DNA from: Pseudodesulfovibrio mercurii
GTDB taxonomy: Bacteria; Desulfobacterota; Desulfovibrionia; Desulfovibrionales; Desulfovibrionaceae
DNA: 32,000 nucleotides
Assembly: GCF_000189295.2 (NCBI RefSeq)
Contig: NC_016803.1
Coordinates: 1,920,001 to 1,952,000, forward strand
Direction of reading: 5' to 3'
Both the position numbers and the translations under genes were made by a program. The notes beneath the pieces were generated by a model. The model did not search any database, was not told the origin of the DNA, and saw only the letters and a program-made list of their open reading frames with translations. This document shows positions 16,407 through 23,744 of this stretch, in pieces; positions within the stretch are counted from its first letter, which is position 1; the number at the start of each line of letters is the position of its first letter.

Positions 16407-17282
16407 ATGAGTGGTTGTGAAGGATGTGCCTCCGCCTCGCCTGACGGAACCTGTACCAGCAGCACGGGCTGCGACAAGCCCGAAGATCAGAAACTGAAAA
16501 GGACCCTGGGCCGCATCAAACACAAGATCGTGGTCATGTCCGGCAAGGGCGGCGTGGGCAAGTCCACCGTGGCCGCCAACATCGCCGTAGCCCTGTCCCT
16601 GGCCGGCAAGAAGGTCGGCCTGCTCGACGTGGACGTGCACGGCCCGAGCGTGCCCCGCCTGCTCTCCCTCAAGGGCCAGCAGCCCCATATCGGCGACCAG
16701 GTCATGGAACCGGTGCCGTGGAGCAAGAACCTGTCCGTCATGTCGCTCGGCTTCCTGCTTCAGGACGACCGCCAGGCCGTCATCTGGCGCGGCCCGGTTA
16801 AGATGGGCCTGATCAAGCAGTTCGTCGAGGACGTCATGTGGGGCGACCTCGACTTCCTCATCGTGGACTGCCCTCCGGGCACCGGCGACGAGCCCCTGTC
16901 CACCCTGCAGACGCTGGGACCCACGGCCATGGCCGTCATCGTGACCACCCCCCAGGGCGTGGCCGTGGACGACGTGCGCCGGTCCGTGTCCTTCGTGGGC
17001 GAGGTCGGCAACCGCGTGCTCGGCATCGTCGAGAACATGTCCGGTTTCGCCTGCCCCGACTGCGGCAAGGTGCATTACATCTTCAAGACCGGCGGCGGTG
17101 AGGAGCTGGCCAAGGAATCGGGCGTTCAGTTCCTCGGCCGCATCCCCCTGGACCCCGCCGTGGCCGAGTCCGGCGACGAAGGTTTCCCCTTCATGAAGGT
17201 CCACCGCGACACCGCCACCGGCAAGGCCATGGAACAGATCATCGCCCCCATCCTCGCCCTCCCCGACCCGCCCAAGGCGTAG
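16407..17282 (+). CDS. mrp: Mrp/NBP35 (ApbC) family Fe-S cluster carrier ATPase with an N-terminal 4-Cys extension
   Basis: The ATG at 16407 lies 6 nt after CAGGAG. Deviant Walker A is SGKGGVGKST. DCPPGTGDE and the conserved cluster-bridging CPDCG (CxxC) are present. The N-terminus MSGCEGCASASPDGTCTSSTGC gives C-x2-C-x8-C-x5-C. Confidence 0.92.
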   Translation: MSGCEGCASASPDGTCTSSTGCDKPEDQKLKRTLGRIKHKIVVMSGKGGVGKSTVAANIAVALSLAGKKVGLLDVDVHGPSVPRLLSLKGQQPHIGDQVMEPVPWSKNLSVMSLGFLLQDDRQAVIWRGPVKMGLIKQFVEDVMWGDLDFLIVDCPPGTGDEPLSTLQTLGPTAMAVIVTTPQGVAVDDVRRSVSFVGEVGNRVLGIVENMSGFACPDCGKVHYIFKTGGGEELAKESGVQFLGRIPLDPAVAESGDEGFPFMKVHRDTATGKAMEQIIAPILALPDPPKA

Positions 17283-17298
17283 TCGAGAAGTTGAGATG

Positions 17299-17343
17299 AC
17301 AAGGGCCCGAGGCGCACGCGCCTCCGGGCCCTTGTTCTTTTTT
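17299..17343 (+). terminator. Rho-independent terminator after mrp
   Basis: ACAAGGGCCCGAGG-cgcacgcg-CCTCCGGGCCCTTGT is followed by TCTTTTTT. Confidence 0.85.
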
Positions 17344-17553
17344 GCCGTCCCCCCGCCACCGGCCCCTCCTCGCACCCTCCTGGACTGTCCGCCGCCGCTT
17401 CGCGGACGGCGGCCGCGCGACGGCACGGCCGGGACGCGGCTGGCGGTGCCGGGGGAAATTGCGTAGCATGCCGCAAACACGGAGTCGCCGATGCACTGTC
17501 CCTCTTTCGTTCAGGTACGGACCCGCCCGGCACGGTCCCGCCGGACACGGCCC

Positions 17554-17991
17554 ATGGCCCGGCCCCTCGCCCTCATCGGGGCCGTCCTACTGCTGGCCGC
17601 CCTGCTCCCGGCCGCGTGCTCGCCCGCCCGCCGGGCCGCGCCCTCGGCCTCGACCGTGACCCCGCTCACGGACCTGCGTGCCGAGGTCGCCTACGCCGAA
17701 CGCATGCCCCTGCCGCCCGGCTGCACCCTGTTCCTGACCCTGGAGAACATCTCCAGCCTCAACCGCGCGGAGGGCACCGTGGCCACGGCCTTCATCCCGG
17801 TCAAGGCGGCCCCGCCCTTCACGGCCAGGGTCCGTTTCGACCCCAGGCGCATCGACTCGCGGCTGACCTACTCCCTGAACGCGCGCATCGAGCTCAAGGG
17901 CCAGGTCCTGTTCACCGGGGCCGCACGGGTCAACCCCCTGGCCCAGGGGGACGACCCCGTGTCGATCCAGGTCAGGATGGTCCGGCGCTAG
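17554..17991 (+). CDS. YbaY-family lipoprotein
   Basis: The ATG at 17554 gives the signal/lipobox MARPLALIGAVLLLAALLPAAC. The body (EVAYAERMPLPPGCTLFLTLENIS...FDPRRIDSRLTYSLNARIELKGQVLFTG) follows the YbaY pattern (YRERIALPP...L.D.S......D...ID....Y...ARI...G.L.F). Confidence 0.8.
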   Translation: MARPLALIGAVLLLAALLPAACSPARRAAPSASTVTPLTDLRAEVAYAERMPLPPGCTLFLTLENISSLNRAEGTVATAFIPVKAAPPFTARVRFDPRRIDSRLTYSLNARIELKGQVLFTGAARVNPLAQGDDPVSIQVRMVRR

Positions 17992-18007
17992 CGGGCCGCA
18001 AGGCGAA

Positions 18008-18041
18008 AGAAAAGGCCCGGCGCATGGCGTCGGGCCTTTTT
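18008..18041. terminator. Bidirectional terminator between the YbaY gene and the DUF47 gene
   Basis: The sequence is AAAAGGCCCGGCGCATGGCGTCGGGCCTTTTT. The 10-bp stem includes one G-U pair and is flanked by an A-tract and a T-tract. Confidence 0.8.
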
Positions 18042-18079
18042 CGCGGTCGAACGGGACGGGCGCGCGGCCCGCATCCGGA

Positions 18080-18754
18080 CTATCGGGCGATCATGGAGCG
18101 CAGCAGCTCGGCGCAGTTCTCGGTGTTGTGCCCCATGTTGTCGAGGCAGTCCACGAAGTGGATGAGCTGATAGATGTCCTTGAAGTCGATGTCCTTTTCG
18201 AAAATCTTCTTTTCCAGGGCGTTCTTGCGGCGGCGGACCTCGTCGCGCTCCCGGCGGACCTTGCGGTAGCACTCCTTGGTGCCCTCGCGGTCCAGGGACT
18301 CGCCGTTGAGCAGGCCGATGGTGGACTTCAGCGCCGGGCCGAGGAGCACGGTGCACTTGGACACGGAGTCCAGGAGGTAGATCATGTCCTTCTGGATGTC
18401 CTCGGGGATGACCACCGGGCGGATGGCCAGCCAGTGCAGGGCGTCCTGGGCCGCGTCGAGCACGTTGTCCTGGCTCTTGGTGTAGGACAGGAACAGGTGC
18501 TTCTCCACGGCCATGAACAACCCCTTGGGCAGGTGGTTGCGGATGTTCCGCTTGATGGAGTCGGCGTGGTTCTCGATCTCGTCGATGGTCTTGGTCAGTT
18601 CCTTGAACTCGCGGCAGACCCCGCCGGACACATAGCACTCCAGGGACTCGTCGATGGCGGCGATGCACTCCGCGATCTTGTCGTAGTGTTCAACCAGCCC
18701 GTCCATGGGAGAGCGCCCGCCGAGCAGACCGAAGAAGGGGATTCTGAAAAACAT
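18080..18754 (-). CDS. DUF47 / TIGR00153-family (PhoU-like) phosphate-transport-associated protein
   Basis: 224 aa and all-helical. The N-terminus is ...PFFGLLGGRSPMDGLVEHYDKIAECI... and HADSIKRNIRNHL is typical of the Pit-accessory DUF47 family. It lies directly downstream of a PiT gene. Confidence 0.88.
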   Translation of the reverse strand: MFFRIPFFGLLGGRSPMDGLVEHYDKIAECIAAIDESLECYVSGGVCREFKELTKTIDEIENHADSIKRNIRNHLPKGLFMAVEKHLFLSYTKSQDNVLDAAQDALHWLAIRPVVIPEDIQKDMIYLLDSVSKCTVLLGPALKSTIGLLNGESLDREGTKECYRKVRRERDEVRRRKNALEKKIFEKDIDFKDIYQLIHFVDCLDNMGHNTENCAELLRSMIAR

Positions 18755-18796
18755 ATGATAACCTCTACTGAAAAGGGTTGATTCGAGTGTTGTAAC

Positions 18797-20035
18797 CTAG
18801 CTGTAACACAACCATTTGAGCAGCACAAAGAGAACTATGCTGGTCAGGGCCGCGATGGGGACGGTGGCCACCCAGTAGGCGACGATGCGCAGAAGAACCC
18901 GGAAGTCCACGGCCGAGAAGCCGCGCGCCAGGCCCACGCCGACCACGCCGCCCACGGCCGCGTGGGTGGTGGACACCGGCAGGCCGAGATTGGAGGCGAT
19001 CAATACGGTGGAGGCGGCGCCGAAGTCAACGGCGAATCCTCGCGTGTTGGTCAGGGTGGTGATCTTCTCGCCCACCGTGGCCATGACCTTGTGGCCGAGC
19101 ACGGCGATGCCCACGGCGATGCCGAAGCCGCCCAGGACGAGCATGGGCCAGGGCACGTCCGCCTTGGACAGGAGCACGTGTTCCTTGGCGATGAGATAGA
19201 TGGCCGCCACCGGGCCGATGGCGTTGGCCACGTCGTTGGCCCCCTGGGACAGGGCCACGTAGCAGGAGGTGCCGACCTGCATCTTGCGGAAGACCCGCTC
19301 CACGCCCTCGGCGCCCTCCTCTTCGTCCAGGACGATCTTGCCCACGAAGTAGCGGGACACGGCCCAGGCCACCAGGGAGAGCAGCGCGGCGATGCCCAGC
19401 GAGACCAGCCAGTGCAGGTGCAGGGCCTTGCCCGCCGGGGTCTTGTACAGGAAGGACAGGGAGATCATGGACAGGGTCACGGCCACCCATATGGGCGCCC
19501 ACTTCTTGGCCTGATGCACGAAGTGGCGCTGGAACAGGATGTACCGCCGGATGTGGGTGAAGATGAAATAGGCGATGGCCGCGGCGAAGAAGGGCGAGAT
19601 GATCCAGGACAGGACGATGCCGCCCATCTTCAGCCAGTTGACCACGTCCGGGCCTCCCGCCACCAGGCCGAACCCGGTGATGGCCCCGACGATGGAGTGC
19701 GTGGACGAGACCGGCAGCGACGTCAGGGTGGCCACAAGGACCCACAGTCCGGCGGCCAGGAGCGAGGCGAACATGCCGATCATTATCAGTTTCGGGTCCG
19801 AGATGACCTCGGGGTTGATGATCCCCTTGCTGATGGTCGCGGTCACGTGGGACCCGAGGAAGACCGCGCCCACGAAGTTCAGGATGCCCGCGATGAACAC
19901 GGCCTGTTTGACCGTGATGGCCCTGGCCCCCACGGCCGAGGCCATGGAGTTGGCCACATCGTTGGCCCCGAGGTTGAATGCCATGAGGAACCCGGCCCCC
20001 ACGGACATGTATAGGAACAGATCGTAGATATCCAT
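18797..20035 (-). CDS. pit: Inorganic phosphate transporter, PiT family
   Basis: 412 aa and polytopic. The duplicated PiT signature GANDVAN is present (GANDVANSMASAV and GANDVANAIGPVA), as is SSTHSIVGAI. Confidence 0.95.
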   Translation of the reverse strand: MDIYDLFLYMSVGAGFLMAFNLGANDVANSMASAVGARAITVKQAVFIAGILNFVGAVFLGSHVTATISKGIINPEVISDPKLIMIGMFASLLAAGLWVLVATLTSLPVSSTHSIVGAITGFGLVAGGPDVVNWLKMGGIVLSWIISPFFAAAIAYFIFTHIRRYILFQRHFVHQAKKWAPIWVAVTLSMISLSFLYKTPAGKALHLHWLVSLGIAALLSLVAWAVSRYFVGKIVLDEEEGAEGVERVFRKMQVGTSCYVALSQGANDVANAIGPVAAIYLIAKEHVLLSKADVPWPMLVLGGFGIAVGIAVLGHKVMATVGEKITTLTNTRGFAVDFGAASTVLIASNLGLPVSTTHAAVGGVVGVGLARGFSAVDFRVLLRIVAYWVATVPIAALTSIVLFVLLKWLCYS

Positions 20036-20071
20036 CGTATAGACCCTCTTCCGAGGGAATTGGTTAGAAGG

Positions 20072-21865
20072 TTACAAGGCCGAATCCCCCGGCTTGTTCA
20101 GGCGGAAGCAGAAGCGCGCTCCGCGGACGTCCTCGCCGTAGCCGTCGTGCCAGATCTCCCCGCCCAGGTTCTTGACGATGCGGCGGCAGATGGCCAGGCC
20201 CAGCCCGGCGCTGCCCGACCCGTCGATGGTGTTCTCGTCCACCCGGTAGAAGCGTTCGAACACCTTGGTGGAATGTTCACGGGAAATGCCCGGTCCCTGG
20301 TCCTCCACGCAGAAGACGATGGACTCGCCGTCGTCCTCGGCGCTGACCGTGATGACCCCGCCGTCGGGGCTGTACTTGACCGCGTTGTTGAGCAGGTTGT
20401 GGAAGACGTGCAGCAGCCCGTCGGTCTCGCCCATGACGGTCATCTCGTCGTCCGGGGTGCGTGTGCGGAAGGTGATGTCGCGCTCGGCGGCCCACACGGC
20501 CAGGTCGTCGATGGCCCTGGACAGGTGCTCGCGGCCGGACAGGGGCACGAGCTTGACCTGCTTGCCCGCCTGTTCGGACTTGGCCAGGGCCAGCATGCTG
20601 GAGATGACCTTGTCCATGTGATCCGCGTTCTTGAGCACGGTCTCCAGGAACTTGCGCGCGGACGCGGGGTCCTCCGGCGGCATGTCCAGCAGGGTCTCGG
20701 TGTATCCCTTGATGGAGGTCAGCGGGGTGCGCAGCTGGTGGGAGGCGTTGGCCACGAAATCGCGGAGGCTCTTCTCGCTGCGCTTCATCTCGGTGATGTC
20801 GTAGAAGACCAGGATGACCTTGCGCACGCCGTTCTGGTCCAGAAAGCGCTCGGCCGTGACCTCCACGGAGCGCGTGTCCATGATGTCTATCTGGATGGAC
20901 CTGGGCCCGGCCTCGGGTTCGGCGATGACCTGGTCCACCAGGTCCTGGATCTCGAAGCGGCGGATGACCTCGATGGGCGAACGGCCCACGGTGGTGGCGG
21001 GCAGGTTGAACATCTCGTCCAGGGCCTTGTTGAAGGACTCCACCCGACCGTGGGAATCGAGGGTCAACACGCCCTCGCGCATGCCGCCGAACACGGCCTG
21101 GAGCTGGCCCTTCTGGTCCTGGATGAGCTCGATGCTGCGCTCGATGGACTGGGCCATGGCGTTGACCGACTGGGCCAGGGGCTTGAACTCGCCGCCGGGC
21201 AGGACGCGCAGCCGCTTGGCGTAGTCGCCCTCGCCGATGGACCGGGCCAGCTCGGAAAAGGCGCGGATGTCGCGGCTCATGTTGTGGGACATGACCACGC
21301 TCAGGAGCACGGCCAGGGCGAAGGTGCCCAGGAAGAGCCAGACCAGGTTGGTGCGCAGGAGGTCGAGCCGCGCGCTGACGTGGGAAAAGGGCACGGCCAT
21401 GCGCAGGATGCCCCCGGTCACGGCGGGCACGCCCGAAAACTTCCGGGCCACGTAAAGCATGTCCTTGCCCAGGGTATCGGAGTGACGGACGTTGACGCCC
21501 CATTCGCCCTTGAGGGCGGCCAGGACCTCGGGCCGGTGGCTGTGGTCGTCGAGACGGCCCAGGTCGGCGAAGGGGACCTCGGAGTCGGCCACGACCTTGC
21601 CCTCGACGATGTAGGTGATCCGGGAATTGAGCTTGAAGGCGAGGGCGTCGAGCCACCCGGCGAAGTCCTGGGGGGACGTGAACGGCGAGTGGTCCTGGAT
21701 GAGCCATTCGATGGCCTCGATCTGGTGCCGCGTGCGGATCTCCGCCTCGGTGACCAGCTCGTCGCCGACGATGCTCGTGGAGTAGAAGAAGACCACGGCC
21801 ATGGCCATGAGGAGCAGCCCCCAGGTCCACAACAGGATCCGCATCTGAAAAGAGCGCAGTTTCAT
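20072..21865 (-). CDS. PhoR-like sensor histidine kinase (2 TM - HAMP - PAS - HisKA - HATPase_c)
   Basis: 597 aa. The H-box is FVANASHQLRTPLTSIKGYTETL (PhoR-like). N, G1 and G2 boxes are present (NLLNNAVKYSP, DQGPGI, GSGSAGLGLAI). No response-regulator gene is adjacent. Confidence 0.9.
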   Translation of the reverse strand: MKLRSFQMRILLWTWGLLLMAMAVVFFYSTSIVGDELVTEAEIRTRHQIEAIEWLIQDHSPFTSPQDFAGWLDALAFKLNSRITYIVEGKVVADSEVPFADLGRLDDHSHRPEVLAALKGEWGVNVRHSDTLGKDMLYVARKFSGVPAVTGGILRMAVPFSHVSARLDLLRTNLVWLFLGTFALAVLLSVVMSHNMSRDIRAFSELARSIGEGDYAKRLRVLPGGEFKPLAQSVNAMAQSIERSIELIQDQKGQLQAVFGGMREGVLTLDSHGRVESFNKALDEMFNLPATTVGRSPIEVIRRFEIQDLVDQVIAEPEAGPRSIQIDIMDTRSVEVTAERFLDQNGVRKVILVFYDITEMKRSEKSLRDFVANASHQLRTPLTSIKGYTETLLDMPPEDPASARKFLETVLKNADHMDKVISSMLALAKSEQAGKQVKLVPLSGREHLSRAIDDLAVWAAERDITFRTRTPDDEMTVMGETDGLLHVFHNLLNNAVKYSPDGGVITVSAEDDGESIVFCVEDQGPGISREHSTKVFERFYRVDENTIDGSGSAGLGLAICRRIVKNLGGEIWHDGYGEDVRGARFCFRLNKPGDSAL

Positions 21866-21945
21866 TGCCCGTCCTTGATGGCGCGTTCAGCGGTTACATG
21901 TTGATCGACGAGATCAAGTACCTCTTTCGCCGAACGCGTGCGCTG

Positions 21946-21999
21946 TGTAACACAATCGTAACCGAATTGTAATGTTTCGCAGTGTTACAGTTATGTGAC
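21946..21999 (+). promoter_or_regulatory. Array of five TGTAAC-like hexamers phased at 11 bp (candidate OmpR/PhoB-family binding sites)
   Basis: The hexamers are TGTAAC (21946), cGTAAC (21957), TGTAAT (21968), TGTTAC (21983) and TGTGAC (21994). The array lies 80-135 nt upstream of the kinase start codon. The repeats are on the strand opposite to the operon, which is atypical for Pho boxes. Confidence 0.35.
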
Positions 22000-22268
22000 A
22001 AAGGCACCCGGAAAAGGCAAGGAAAAGCGGGGGAAACCGGGCCGCGCGGGGCCCCGACGGGTGCGGAAACGGCGGCTACACTTTTGTGGAATAATTGACT
22101 TTATAGGGAAATGCAAAGAGCCGCGCCGAGTTGTCGGCGGCCGTTGTGGGGGGAGGGGGATGCATACGGCGCGCCGACCGCGCGATCTGCGGACTTGTTG
22201 CGCGGACCGGCAAAATTGTCGGCGGCGATACGAGAGGCCGACAAAATGGTCGTCCCCTTCCGGCCGCG

Positions 22269-22313
22269 AAAAAGGCCCGGTCCGGCACGCGATTGCGCGC
22301 TCGGGACCGGGCC
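22269..22313 (-). terminator. Rho-independent terminator ending the hldD-lptD-mutL-alr-small ORF transcription unit
   Basis: The minus strand reads GGCCCGGTCC-N20-GGACCGGGCC followed by TTTTT, about 20 nt after the stop at 22335. Confidence 0.75.
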
Positions 22314-22334
22314 GGAAAACCCGTTTCGCGCCGC

Positions 22335-22556
22335 CTAGAAGCCGCGCATGCACTCCATGAGGTAGGTGGAGACCTCCACCCGGCAGACGCCGTCCTCGAC
22401 GATGAGGCGGACGTTGTTCTCCGGGATGAGGGCCATGTCCTCGGCCACGTCCAGCCACTTGCCCTCGACCCACTTCGGGGTCACGCCATTGGCCTCCATT
22501 TCCCTGACGGGATAGCTCTCGGCCACGACCCATTCATCGTCTTGTACAGCAGGCAT
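22335..22556 (-). CDS. Small acidic hypothetical protein (73 aa)
   Basis: The ATG at 22556 has GGGGAG 7 nt upstream. Codon usage is GC3-rich, and the ORF lies between alr and a strong terminator. I recognise no family. Confidence 0.5.
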   Translation of the reverse strand: MPAVQDDEWVVAESYPVREMEANGVTPKWVEGKWLDVAEDMALIPENNVRLIVEDGVCRVEVSTYLMECMRGF

Positions 22557-22619
22557 ATCCTTGCTCCCCGGCCCGCCGCGCTCGCGCCCGGCGGCCCCTT
22601 TGTTCGTTGTCGAAAAAAC

Positions 22620-23744
22620 CTACACGTATTCCCGGCGGTTCTGCCCGAGCAGGCAGAAGGCCTCGTAGGTGATGGTGTTGCCCCACTCGGCCAGGTCCTC
22701 GGGGGTGACCGGGTGTTCGCCCGGACCGCCCAGAAGCCAGGCCTCGTCGCCCGGCAGGACCTCTATCCCTTCACCCATAAGTTCGGTCACGTCAACCGCG
22801 GTCATCTGCATGCAGACCCGCCCCCGGATGGGCACGCGCCTGCCGTGCAGGACCATCTCGCCCCGGTTGGACAGGGCGCGGCTGTAGTTGTCGGCGTAGC
22901 CCACGCCGACGATGGCCACCATGGCGTCGCGCTCGGCGGTGAAGGTCCAGCCGTAGCTGATGGACTCGCCCCGCTTCAGGGGGTGGACCTGCATGACCGG
23001 GGCCGTGACCTCCATGGCGGGCAAAAGCTTGCCGGGCAGCCGTTCCTCGCCCGCGCCCTCCAGGGGGTCGCAGCCGTACAAGCCGATGCCCAGCCGCATG
23101 GAATCCATGCGGCAGTTCTCGTGGACCATGCCGCCCGCCGAGTTGGCCAGGTTGGCCTCGACCACGAAGCCCGCCCCGGCCAGGCCGTCCAGGGCGGCCT
23201 GGAAGCGGCGGGCCTGGAGGGCCACATCCTTTTCCCGGCCGGGCTCATCGGCCCGGGCCAGGTGGGAGGTGGCCATGACCGGCGTGACGTTGCCGCCCTT
23301 GAGCAGGGCCGCCACCTCGCCCGCCTCTTCGGGCAGGAAGCCCAGGCGGCGCATGCCGGTGTCGAATTTGAGCCCGATGTCCAGGGGCCCGTTCTGCTCG
23401 GACGCGGCCAGGACGCGCCTGAGCTGGGCCCAGTGGGAGATGGGCGTGAGGATGCGGTCGGTCCACAGGGACTGGATGTCCTCGTCCGAGATGGGCCCGA
23501 GCAGGGCCAGGATGCGCTTGTCGCAGCCGGCCCGGCGCAGCTTGGCCGCCTCGTGGACGAAGCCCACGGCGAAGGTGTCGGCCCCGTCCTTTTCCAGGGC
23601 GGAGGCGACCTCCACCAGGCCGTGGCCGTAGGCGTCGGACTTGATCACCGGGATGACGCGGTCGTGGATCTTCGTGAACAGGCGGTAGTTGTGGCGCAGG
23701 TTGTCCAGGTGGATGCGCACGCGGAGTTTGTTGTAGTCGATCAT
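22620..23744 (-). CDS. alr: Alanine racemase
   Basis: The start is MIDYNKLRVRIHLDNLRHNY at 23744, overlapping the mutL TGA by one nucleotide (TGATG). The PLP-lysine motif is VIKSDAYGHG. The 374-aa length is typical. The track ORF extends upstream without support. Confidence 0.93.
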   Translation of the reverse strand: MIDYNKLRVRIHLDNLRHNYRLFTKIHDRVIPVIKSDAYGHGLVEVASALEKDGADTFAVGFVHEAAKLRRAGCDKRILALLGPISDEDIQSLWTDRILTPISHWAQLRRVLAASEQNGPLDIGLKFDTGMRRLGFLPEEAGEVAALLKGGNVTPVMATSHLARADEPGREKDVALQARRFQAALDGLAGAGFVVEANLANSAGGMVHENCRMDSMRLGIGLYGCDPLEGAGEERLPGKLLPAMEVTAPVMQVHPLKRGESISYGWTFTAERDAMVAIVGVGYADNYSRALSNRGEMVLHGRRVPIRGRVCMQMTAVDVTELMGEGIEVLPGDEAWLLGGPGEHPVTPEDLAEWGNTITYEAFCLLGQNRREYV

